A DNA stretch of 59,372 bases, the filler included, from Sphacelaria rigidula (Eukaryota): NCBI GenBank assembly GCA_964200075.2. It is 9 parts of 9 records of this genome, joined end to end, with 100 filler letters (N's around TTAATTAATTAA, not from the genome) between each part and the next. Parts side by side here need not be neighbours in the genome. Positions count along the whole stretch, not along the records: positions 1 to 6,508 come from CAXNAA020019650.1; positions 6,609 to 13,116 come from CAXNAA020019651.1; 7 more parts are not named here. One strand, written 5' to 3'. A program made the translations under genes and the position numbers. Below are positions 1 to 10,338 of the stretch, one piece after another; the stretch's first letter is position 1; each line of letters starts with the position of its first letter. The notes under the pieces are model-generated. The model did not search any database. It was not told the origin of the DNA and worked only from the letters and a program-made list of their open reading frames with translations.

Positions 1-45
1 ATATACAGAGAGGCGTAGACTGGCGAGCAGACGAGATGGGATGAC

Positions 46-98
<53 letters not shown>
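1..98 (+). mobile_element. 3' end of a non-LTR retroposon family ending GGGATGACAAC plus a (CA)n tail
   Basis: Similar to copies at ~34640-34915 (+), ~15555-15800 (-) and ~38225-38470 (-), most of which end at CA/CAA-like tracts. (CA)n spans 47-98. Confidence 0.6.
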
Positions 99-101
<3 letters not shown>

Positions 102-342
102 TGGTACTGGGCTTGGCAACGGCTCGAAAAAAGACAGACAGTGAGAGCACCCTTTTCTGTAAATAAACCAGGAGGGTACACCCTGCTCTGCTTAAAAATG
201 ATTTCTTAACCTTTGCACTCCTTGTGGACCAGTTGAAAATGGTAACCCGTTTTTCGGTTTGGAGCGCGGCGCTGTGCTGCACGCGGATTGAACATGTCGA
301 AAGCACGTTGCATCGCCTCAGGCCCATGCACAAGGTGTCTGA

Positions 343-1033
343 GCAGCATGCCCGACCATTTATTTTCATTTTCACACGTAGTACTAGGCTTGACTACGGC
401 GCGGAAAAGGACAGCCAGTGAGAGTAGTACCCTATTTTGTAAACAAACCAGGAGGGTACATCCTTCTCTCTGGTAAGAAATTATCTCTCACTCGTGTTTG
501 TGCACGTGTCGACGCCGGCCTTAGCAACTCATGAAGGTTCAAGGAGGATGTGTAATGTCGTTCGAGCGTGTGTCGACAGGATTTTTCACGCATGTTCCTT
601 GGACCTTTGTGAGCTCCAGCACATAAGTGTTCGCGTACTATATGCTGCACCATCGGATTCCCTGGGAAATAGAGGTCTACGGGTAAACCAGCAGGGGGCT
701 ACATTTGATCTCGGCCGTTCTGTTTTTGACGACCTTTTCGGCGGGGTGTAATTCACAAAAGAAGTGGGTGTGGTTGTGATTGTTCGGCGGATATTCCGCA
801 TAGCCGGCGGTACGGTCACCACTTTACAAAAAATGGTGAAGAAGGGTTTTTACTTGAACATGAAAGGGTCCACACGTGCACGGAAAAGGGTAAGAAGAGA
901 TTATTATTCAGCAGAGGAGTGTGTATCCTCCTGGTTTGGGTACAAAAAAAGGCATTCTCATTGGCTGTCCTTTTCTGCGCCGTAGTTAAGTCTAGTACCG
1001 CGTGAAAATAAAAACAAATGGTCGGGCATACTG
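343..1033. mobile_element. Foldback/MITE-like element with ~165-bp imperfect terminal inverted repeats; a further partial arm lies at ~101-207
   Basis: GCAGCATGCCCGACCATTT...GTAGTACTAGGCTTGACTACGGCGCGGAAAAGGACAGCCA at 343-510 is matched in reverse complement at ~875-1033. No TSD seen. Confidence 0.6.
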
Positions 1034-2745
1034 CCAAGCCACGTTGGGCGTGGAGCTGAGGTGCTAGACATTGTTTTCCAGGTGTTCAGTCGGCGTGCAG
1101 CGCCACGCCCCAAACCAAAAAATGCGTTCCTATTTTTGTTCCAAAAGCCCGAGGGTGTACCTTATTTTGTATATTGCCCAGGAATCTCGCCGCTTCGTTC
1201 TCGGAGGAGTCTAAGCGCAGAGTCCGAAAACTCCGGAAAAAAATGATATCTCCGAAAAAAACATCGTCGATAATAATGGGCTTAACATTGGGGCTTTGTT
1301 TTCAGTTAACCAGAGGATGATAACTTATATTCAGTCAAGATTACGTTCAGGTTTTCAGACAGCTCATAGTCTCCAACACTCGCCCCTCCTGTGCGCAGCA
1401 AACGTTTTGGCTGGAATCGGAGCCAAAATAAGACAAACTTCCTTGGGGGCACTATGTGCGCCTCCCTTGCCCGCGAGGACCCCCTCAGTCTACCGCAGGT
1501 TAGGGTTTAGCTTCGGAATAGCGTGACGGTTGACGAGAATAAAATTTGTTCAACCATCAACCATCAACCATCGGATATCTGAGCCGAACTTGGACAAACC
1601 CGCCTCATAATGACACAATATGTACACGAGATATCTTCTGTTCTCACCCAATGGACGGTAGCCGCGGTACTTGCATTTAGTAAAACTGTTTTCCATAAGC
1701 CACACTGTCGTGACTGCGTAGCATGAAGTCGTTTGCCGTTCACCAATATAACTGTCTCGTTGGCACCGCACCCGATGTTGGGGCGGGCGGACCTGCGTAC
1801 GTGTGTGTTCTCCGTTGCAGTCTCCATTATGGCCATGACCCCAAACTCACCCAGCCCGCTACTGACGGTACTTGGGCAAGCACTATCAAATCAGTTCAAC
1901 CCAACTTTGAACCAGTTTTTTTCATGTGGGGTTTCGATCATGGATCGCAGACGTTCGCCAGATCCATCATCAAGCGCCATGCAACAGTGGAGCGTAAGTT
2001 TGTCGTGTGTCACTCTACCTGGACGCAACTTCTGGCTGCCATAGTGGTCCGTGCTTGGATTAGCACGCGCTGGATACAGCACTCGTAGTCGCTCGTCAAC
2101 GTTGAAATCGACGTGGTCGCTGTTGTAGTAGACTATTCATACTTAGTCAGTTGCTTGGCCAGGAATTTAGCGATCAGTCCCATCGAGAGAGGGGAGTGGC
2201 TCACGAACCCGCGGGGTACGCGGTCACTAATGAGGCAATATACATATTACCAGCCCTCAGACCCCGTGCTCTTGAACGGAAGGCTTTTGGGTGGGAAATG
2301 AGGGACGGCAGAACTAAGCAGATGATATGACTGCTTGCGCTCAGATCAAAACATGTTCCATTCGAACCAGCTGGCACCAGTTCCGACAGGCAAATGCTCT
2401 GTCCTATTGCTTCTTACGTGCAACTGATTGCTCTGCCTCATGTTAATCCTTGATCATTCCCACCGCGGCCTCGCTGCTGCATTCATCCCGGCGTTCATGC
2501 ATCATGCCCACGACACGAAAAAAAACAGGTTAGAGATCTGTGTGCGGTAACGCGACGACCAAGCACATTTTTTTCGCCCAGGCTTTGTCACCAGCGACCA
2601 CGGTGAACTGATACATGACGAGCGCCTCCACCAACTTTTTCCTCAGCCTCAACTCCTCCGTGTACGAACCCACGGAGCCCACTTCCCCGCAAGCCTGAAA
2701 GCGCAACCATGACCCTACCTGTACCGACGACAGCGATTTTACCGT

Positions 2746-3461
2746 CAAGGTCTGTCGAGGGAAAAGTTTCGGACACGTAGCCCCCCCCCCCCCCTCCCCC
2801 CTCCCGGATGCTCCGTCTCGAAAGGGATGCGTGGTCAACGGTCACACGACTAAGGTAAGCAACAAATTAGTACGCGCCCCCACCCCTCCCGGAGGGCAAG
2901 TTTTCGAAAATTGTCATGCTTTTGACGTTTTGTGTTTGTAATTGTTTTGTGATTTTTTTTCATTGGTTGTTGACATTGGTTGTTGAAATTGATCAACAAA
3001 CACTGACAAAACCCGCAAAGTCTGGCGCGCTTTGCGAGATTTGCTTTTGCTCCTTGTCCGCCCTGTCCCGATGACCTCGGATGCCGGTAACGCTCACACA
3101 TATATATGTACAATACACGACCGCACGGTAGCGACAGCCTGTAGCCAAAATAGCAACATTATCCCACGCCTCGCCAAATTTGCCCGGACTACTAGTGGGT
3201 GGTAGCCGAGGCACACGACACGAGAGATAATCCCATAAATGCGTTCATGGTAGGTGATAAGCTTGGAGGAGCGGTGTGTCCTTCATCTCAGCGGTCTCCA
3301 TGCCAAGGTTCTCTGTACACGGCAGCTGACCGCACCCGCCGACGCCTCGGCAGTAAACTAGGGGACAGCGGGCTGGGTATCCCCCCCCCCCTCCCCTCAA
3401 AAACTCGAATCTTCGATCTTGAGGCCTACGTGTCTCGAAATATATTTTTGACAGACCCTTG
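2746..3461. mobile_element. Non-autonomous DNA transposon with CAAGG(G)TCTGTC TIRs and an apparent 2-bp TSD (GT); second copy at 6204-6508, cut by the contig end
   Basis: Left end CAAGGTCTGTC...TTTCGGACACGTAGC versus right-end reverse complement CAAGGGTCTGTC...TTTCGAGACACGTAGGC. GT lies on both sides. Clear paralogue at 6204-6508. Confidence 0.7.
2809..2874 (+). mobile_element. Short C-tailed retroposon-like element (family A)
   Basis: TGCTCCGTCTCGAAAGGGATGCG...AGTACG, flanked by a direct repeat (C)nTCCCGGA. Absent from the paralogous host site at ~6241-6256. Confidence 0.75.
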
Positions 3462-4236
3462 GTCAACCTTACGATAATCTGCACAGCGTGGACCGACGAC
3501 TACCATACCTCGGGGCCTGCATCAGGCGGCGCCAGCTCCAACAGCAGCGCAGGCATCGGCGTCGACGGTACGGGTGAAAACCTATCGGCTGCTGTACCGA
3601 CCGCTGGGCCTACGGCGGCCCCACCGCTGCCGCTGCTTGTAAATGCGACAGAGCCCTCGGCCATACCGTCGCTCCTAGCAAAGCTTCCACGGCGTCGCCC
3701 ATCGAGGCCGATCCCATGAGGTGTCACAGCTCGAACATCACCGACGCGGGAGACCGCACGGGGGTGTACCTGGTCAACGATACCTACGCGAACGACCGGC
3801 CGATCTACACCATGACCGAGTCTTCTCCTCTTCCATGAACGCCTGCACCAGGAACTGGAGCGTCGTGAACGCCACATGGGCCGAGAACGCGAGCCCACTG
3901 GACACCGGTTCTACAGCTCGCCAGATCTTTCTTTACTACCTAGCGACGGCCGATTTCGATGTCGGACCCCACGCGTGCTCGACTGACGTTTGGTATGTGG
4001 CACCTGGCGGCGTGAGCAATATGGGGCAGGCATTGGGGCATACGTTCTTCTCCCTGTCAAGTGAAGAAGATCCCTCGGACGTGAAGTCGTGGGCTAGGTT
4101 TATCCCGGGAAATGACACGGGGAGGGCCATCATTCAACGGACCGCTTGGATCAACGTTGGTTGTGCGCAGTAGGTGCAAACGACGGAGACGCTGAGAGTC
4201 CCTTGGTTCTCGTGGAGGGTGTGCGGGCGGCGGTGG

Positions 4237-4288
<52 letters not shown>

Positions 4289-4290
<2 letters not shown>

Positions 4291-4353
4291 ACTCATTGGA
4301 TGCTGGCCTGAGTCGTTTGACCATTGACCACGCATCCCTTTCGAGACGGAGCA
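4289..4353 (-). mobile_element. Family A element with a ~50-nt poly(C) tail (G-run 4238-4289 on +)
   Basis: Matches the family A consensus. Imperfect TSD CGGTGGCGGGGGGG / TGGCGGCGGGGGGG. Confidence 0.7.
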
Positions 4354-6508
4354 TGGCGGCGGGGGGGCGAGTTGAGGGGGAGGATAAAAGTCCTTGCGTG
4401 TGTCTGTGTTCCACGAGATATTGGCTTAACCAACGGTCCCGCCCGCCCGTCTGCTCTCGGAGTATTCATTTATTCGTATTTTACTGTGTGACCAATTTGG
4501 TATAATAACTTCCTTGGACGTTCGGTAACCCCCCCGTGACTCTTGTTGTGAGCAGTTCATTGTGCAGTTCTTGTTGTACTATGTTGTGTGGTGCTCTAGG
4601 CCGTGTAGTTATTAATTAGTCGTGAAAAGAGATGGGAGGGGTGAGGGAAGTGGGGGGTACGGCTGATCGCAACGGGAAACGAATGGGGAAATCACTCTCC
4701 CCCGTGGCGACCGCGTGTAACCGTTTAATCTTATGTCGCCAGAAGCTAGTTTCGATCCTTTTTTCGTGTTTCATGCGGCAGTATCTGTCTTTCACTCATA
4801 CATTTTTCCGAGTTACCGACAAAACGCACGGAGGTACTTCAGCGTCGGTGTGTAAAGTCGGCAGGAAATTGTACTTGGGGAACGGACTGCAATGTAGGTC
4901 AAGCGCTACAACGTAGTACCGAATGAACTTGAAAATAATTACGATAGAAGGAGTCCACCGGTTCGGTGCTACGATCCGGCAAAATGGTCAAACTTCGGGG
5001 ATCCAGAAAGCTTGTTTACACTGTGCAGTAACTGTGGATATTCTGTACGTACTGGGGAATAGTGACCCCGGCTCATCATGCGCCCCCACACACCGAAGGG
5101 TATAACACTGGCGTCCAGAATAAATGGGATGACCACACCACAACAAACACATTGAGGAGTAGCACACCACGCGAACTCATAGGAAGCACATCAACAGCAT
5201 CGCATTGAGATAATCACGAGGTTGGCATCTTGGGGGAAAACCGGTGCGATAAGTTTGACATAGAGTTATGTTGATATTGTACTGTGTAGATGGAGGGAGG
5301 GCGGGGATAGCGGGGCAGGGGAACCATGTGGGCACGGCATAGAGTGCATCCTCTACGGAAGGCAGGAGTAGTAGATGAACTTTAAGAATTTAGCAGCGGT
5401 GACATCGGGTGCTCGGAATTTAGTTGGCGGTAGTTATTCTCCTTATTATTATTATTTCCGCGCATTAGTCCGATCTCGCAAACCCGTGGTCACAGACGTA
5501 GGCTCACCTTTCCAATACCGTCCCTGCTATTCCTTACAAGACATATTACCAAAAATAAAAAGGAGAAGAGAGACGCCACGAAAACCGGTGAGACGTAGGT
5601 CCCCCGACTTCAACGGGGAGAAAAAAGAAAGAAAGAAAAACAAACAAACGAAAAAACAAACAACAAACGCCAGATCTGCTAAAATATACAGTACACCGAA
5701 AGGAAGGAAGGGAGAAGATAATAAAGGACGAACAGGAAACGACAGGTGACACGAGGAGATTAGCATGGCCACCATGTTAGGGTTCAACTCAAGAACAAAA
5801 AAAACAAGCCCAGGCACCCCCATAGACGGCTACCACAGCTGTTCGGAGAGAGGTGGTGAATGTACCAGCGAGTGCACTGCCCGAATTATAGTATTTCGAG
5901 GAACTTATGTTGTGCGTATGCTCCAGGATGTCACGTATGCGATAATTCCTGGGCGTTTCATGTGAAGCTAGGTCGTCTTGCTCACGAGGACAATGTTCGT
6001 GTTTATTTCAAGTTGATTTCAAGCAAACGAAACTGTTGGAATCCAACGCATACTGTAGCCACACACGTGACCACTTGATAAGCTAGCAATCGTCAGTGTT
6101 GAACGACACTCATCAACATGAATCTGCCAATATAGGGATATATGCATTCATGTACTGTTAACGTTCCCAAAGAAAGAGTGGGCCCAAAAGACACGTCGCA
6201 GGCCAAGGTTCTGTCTAGAGAAATTGTCGAAACACGGAGCGCCCCCCCCTCCCGGCTAGCAAGTTTTCGAAAATTGTCATAAATAGTTTTTCGTCATCTC
6301 TTGTGAAGATTTTCAATTGTTTGTTGATGTTGTTAAAAGAAATTGATCAACAAACACCGACAAAAACCGGAAAGTCTGGCGGGCTTTGCGAGGTTCGTAT
6401 ATTTGCTTCTGCTCCTTGCCCACCCTGTCCCGATGACCTCGGATGCCGGTAACGCTCACACACATCTATGTACAATACACGACCACACGGTAGCGACAGC
6501 CTGTAGCC

Positions 6509-6608
6509 NNNNNNNNNNNNNNNNNNNNNNNNNNNNNNNNNNNNNNNNNNNNTTAATTAATTAANNNNNNNNNNNNNNNNNNNNNNNNNNNNNNNNNNNN
6601 NNNNNNNN
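6509..6608. other. Artificial contig linker (N44-TTAATTAATTAA-N44). Identical linkers at 13117-13216, 19725-19824, 26333-26432, 32941-33040, 39549-39648, 46157-46256 and 52765-52864
   Basis: Six-frame stop linker recurring every 6608 bp. 9 x 6508 + 8 x 100 = 59372, the window length. Confidence 0.98.
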
Positions 6609-6894
6609 TCCCCTCCCCATCCAAATGGCGCCGCCCTTCATCTGCACAATATAGCGGAGCTAATAACAGTTCTCCCCCCCCCCCCCCCCCCCCTCCCCCT
6701 CCTTTGTGCAAATATTATTCAACAGTTTATACCGGCAACCCCGATAGCGCACACGAAAATTCAACCCTAATGAACGGCCAAATATAAAGTGGACATTGCT
6801 GCGGGGTTATGAGAAACATGAAATACGTCATAGTGTCGAACTGTCAGTTGAACGGCGGTAATGGGACGGTGGGGGGTATATGGATAATTTGCTG

Positions 6895-7430
6895 GAGGTT
6901 GACATCTACACGTCTCACACGAGATTGTTCCCAGATCTTGAAGTCCACGCGCTCTGTCTTTCCAGACCCCTTCAAGCTTTGATGAGCAGTGAGGTTGCCA
7001 TCTACACGTCTCACACGAGATTTTCCCCAGATCTTGGAGTCCACGCGCTCTGTCTTTCCAGGAGGTCAGTTTACCACTTGGGATGGTGAGAAATTTCTCA
7101 GAAACTTATAACTTCGAACAAACTATGACACCAACACCAACACTAACCCTAACCCCAACGAAGTCACACCGAGAACCTTCGGGCGAGGTGGTGGAGAGTG
7201 TTATACAGGCAAAGGGTGCATTGCCAGACCTCAAATCGGCGCCCCAGGCGCCGATTTCGACCAAAACGCGTTGTGCGCAAGCTAGGAGCACGCTAGGAGC
7301 ACAGCCCCATTGAAGATCCGGATTTTCGCTGTTGACACTGAAACCAAGTCGAACTATCTAAGAAATTTCTCACCATCCCAAGTGGTAAACTCTACTGCTT
7401 TCCAGACCCCTTCAAGCTTTGATGAGTAGT
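6895..7430. repeat. 96-bp tandem duplication; second unit interrupted by a TIR element
   Basis: GAGGTTG(A/C)CATCTACACGTCTCACACGAGA starts at 6895 and 6991. The unit resumes at 7398. Confidence 0.8.
7062..7397. mobile_element. hAT-like MITE with 8-bp TSD (CTTTCCAG), ~31-bp TIRs and an internal telomere-like ACTAACCCTAACCCC tract
   Basis: AGTTTACCACTTGGGATGGTGAGAAATTTCT is inverted at the two ends. TSD at 7054-7061 and 7398-7405. The empty site is visible in the adjacent tandem unit. Confidence 0.8.
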
Positions 7431-7481
7431 GGCCACCGCACGGGGGAAAAAAACGTTGATTCCGGAGGAACTATATCAAAT

Positions 7482-7915
7482 GAGTCATCCTACGATAGGG
7501 GGGGGGGGGGGGGGCGAAGCTTCCTTTACTATGTTTCCTATGCCTGTACATCAACATCCACTCCNNNNNNNNNNGCGGGGGTGCCGCGGTGCCGGGGGGC
7601 GCGTGGTGGGCGGGGGGGGGCGTACTCATTTGTTGCTTGCCTTAGTCGTTTGACCATTGACCACGCATCCCTTTCGAGACGGAGCGGGGGTGTTTGGTTG
7701 CCCGAAAAAAGGAGGCTCATTGGTGCGTCAGACGACCTGCCACACTCGCTGTGTGCTTGAATTCGGTTTCAAGCGGTGCCAAGCAGTACAAATAAATGTT
7801 ATTCATTCATAGCAAGCTCGCTCGAACAAGCATTGCTGCTTTCAACGCCAAATTGACTAGGAACTTCGTGCGAGAAGTGGCCCAAAACACCCCCCCCTCT
7901 ATCGTAGGATAAGTC
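7482..7915. mobile_element. MITE with GA(G/C)N5CTACGATAG termini and 4-bp TSD AAAT; carries a family A insertion at 7621-7685
   Basis: GAGTCATCCTACGATAG(G)n ... (C)nTCTATCGTAGGATAAGTC. AAAT at 7478-7481 and 7916-7919. Confidence 0.7.
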
Positions 7916-8444
7916 AAATTTAATATTCCGCCAACCCAAATAGGCACGGAATAATAAACTTCAGCATTGCGCGACGGTATGAGAACGCTGAGGTATACAC
8001 CGAAAATTTACCCGAGCTCCCATGTACGCGTCGCGAGGCGTCATCGAATCATCAGGCAGGTTACCGCTTTGACGGCGAGAGTATGTCGTCTGCTGAATCG
8101 TCGTTACAATTTCACTTGGAAGAAGTACGCATGATCCAGATGAACTACCCTCGTGGTCCAAGGGTGAAACAATATATATATGTTTGTCGTTGAGCGTTCT
8201 GTGACGGTTTAAGAGACAACCAACTAGACTACTGACCAGTCAGCGGTTTTCACCGCAAATCACCGAACAGTTTATACCGTGCTGCTCCCTTTCTTCTTTT
8301 CTCTCTTCTTTCCTTTTCAACAAGGTCGTTGCTTCTGTCTTTTTCTGTTTCTTTCGTTCTTTTTCCTTCCTTCAATATTCTGGGGGGCGGTTGCTGCTCC
8401 TGACCACGGGTTGGATTGTTGCAGTCAGCTAATGGGAGATAATC

Positions 8445-8655
8445 CGTAATGCGTGAGAGGACCGCGTGCTTAGAGGACCGCATCGGAATTTGAACATCCC
8501 TATGGTTAGGGTGAGGGTTAGGGTTAGTGTCGGGCTTATGGTCAGGGGTGTGGTACCTGCAGGGACTGGCCCGATTGGTTTTGAAAAACATCGATCCTGC
8601 GGTGTTTTGAACTACGGCGCGGTCCTCTAATCACGCGGTCCTCTCACGCATTACA
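8445..8655. mobile_element. Ginger-like MITE (YGT...ACA termini, 5-bp TSD TAATC) containing TTAGGG-like repeats
   Basis: TIR GTAATGCGTGAGAGGACCGCGTG. TSD at 8440-8444 and 8656-8660. Internal GGTTAGGGTGAGGGTTAGGGTTAG. Confidence 0.8.
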
Positions 8656-9014
8656 TAATCAATCAATCGATCACACCGTGAACATGATGGGTACAGCGAT
8701 ATTGAATGTGGGCGGGTGTCCTCTTCCAAGGGTTAGGAGCAGTGGTCACTACACAGGAGGATACATATTTGTGAACCGGACAGCCTTTTCAGGGCATGAT
8801 GGAATCATCAAACAGGTGAAACAGTATCTGATTGTCGTTGAGTGCCCGTCGAGTATACCGGCACCTCTGCCGGAAATCAACGAACAGGTTACCATGACAC
8901 GATGGGTGCGGGCGGCCGTAGTGGATGTTATGGGGCCGGTGTCGCCGACACCTGCCCGAGGAAGATATTATACTGTAAGTACGTTGTTTCTATATACTCT
9001 CTCTCACTGTTTAA

Positions 9015-9112
9015 CCCTTAGACCGCGAGGGTATTCCAGCTCGATCACGCATACATTTTTCGAGTGGAATTGATGCCGATTCAACAGATGGCCCACTCTC
9101 GTCGTCTAAGGG
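9015..9112. mobile_element. piggyBac-like MITE (TTAA TSD, CCCTTAGAC...GTCTAAGGG TIR)
   Basis: TTAA on both flanks. Related copies at 40157-40260, ~21610-21712 and a partial copy at ~37005-37080. Confidence 0.8.
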
Positions 9113-10134
9113 TTAACCAGCATGTCGGGACCCTTTCTATTTATCTTCCCGTCTTTAACATCAAATTTCAACCGTGGCTCATTCCCCACGAGAGCTTGGC
9201 AACGCAAGAATATCGCGACCCTCCAAGAAGACGGACGGAACCGGGGCTACCGCCCCGGTCCCGAACGGCTTGTATTTATATATATATATATATAATACAT
9301 AATACATGGTTCCCCTTCGGGAGGTTGGTACAGGCCTCCCGGGGTTGACGCAAGTCGAAAATATATTTTGTCAAGCTTTTCACGATCTTGAAGAGTTGTG
9401 GGTCGGGATTGACACCCCGCGAAAAGAGGCCAGTTTGAGCGACTTTCGGTGGCCAGAACACGCGCCACAGGTATCAGATGGCGCCCAAACCTGAACGGTA
9501 ATGTGCCGCTGAGCCTTCTCGGTGCGCCGCAATAAGACGTGTGGGAAAAAATGCCTTGCTGCCAGAGAAAACTCGGAAAAAACGGTGAAATGGTACATGT
9601 ACATAATATATATATCGCACGTAAAAGCACTGACATCGCTTGCACGACCGTACCTCCTGCAGTGAGTACCTCTACAGGCGATACCAAGATAGGTATCGCG
9701 TAGAATGACATTATCCAGAGTGTACCCATTACGGATCGATGCTTATTCGCCGGGATAGGAGCCACCCAGCAGGTCATGATGTGAAAGTGAGCGCATCTGC
9801 GTGTCCACATATGCTTTCACTGGCGTCTCACGCAGTCTGCGCCGAGGGGAGTCCGTTTTGAGGGCGTATCGATGGCATTATCCCAAATCCGTATTCACTT
9901 CGTGCGTCTGGCGCACCACGTAAAACGTGCCGCCGATGCGGGAATATGCGGTCTGAGTTGTGGTCTACCCCTGTGCCAATTTTCAGGCTGGTTCGTTCAG
10001 ACACGGCGGAGAAATCCACAAGCAAAGTAACGCTTGACTTGTACTTAAAATACAGTACTAAGCCGTCGAAAGATACATGAGGTGCGTACTCGTATGATTC
10101 TCCCTGTCATCCCTGTCACAAGGACAAACCTGTC

Positions 10135-10338
10135 TGTAATGCGTGAGAGGACCGCGTGCTTGGAGTTTGCGCCGTAGTTCAAAACACCTCAGGATCGACG
10201 TTTTTCACAACCAATCGGGCCGGTCCCCGCAGGTCCTACGCCCCTGACCCTAACCCCGACACTAACCCTAACCCTAACCATAGGGATATTTAAATTCCGA
10301 TGCGGTCCTCTGAGCACGCGGTCCTCTCACACATTACA
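10135..10338. mobile_element. Second Ginger-like MITE copy, in opposite orientation, with 5-bp TSD CTGTC
   Basis: TGTAATGCGTGAGAGGACCGCG...CGCGGTCCTCTCACACATTACA. TSD at 10130-10134 and 10339-10343. Internal CCCTAA repeats. Confidence 0.85.

Larger units (their letters stand above)
2530..4173 (+). pseudogene. Degenerate coding sequence of a probable extracellular repeat-domain protein, interrupted by a TIR element
   Basis: Removing 2746-3461 and one GT restores ...PTCTDDSDFT|VNLTIICTAW. In-frame stops and frameshifts are present. Segments include GVYLVNDTYANDRPIYTM and QIFLYYLATADFDVGPHACSTDVWYVAPGG. Product not identified. Confidence 0.4.

Noticed and set aside
1550..2330. Decayed piggyBac-like transposase on the minus strand
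   Set aside because: Only a vague resemblance across several frameshifts. Not supportable without BLASTX.
4057..4505. Poly-Pro/poly-Gly ORFs
   Set aside because: These are translations of the G homopolymer tail of a family A insertion.
6553..6564. TTAATTAATTAA as a biological motif
   Set aside because: It is an artificial six-frame stop linker.
8505..8550. True telomere
   Set aside because: The repeats are short, degenerate and internal to a TSD-flanked element.
8817..8974. Possible exon ending at GTAAGT
   Set aside because: Weak acceptor, no recognisable domain and no partner exons found.
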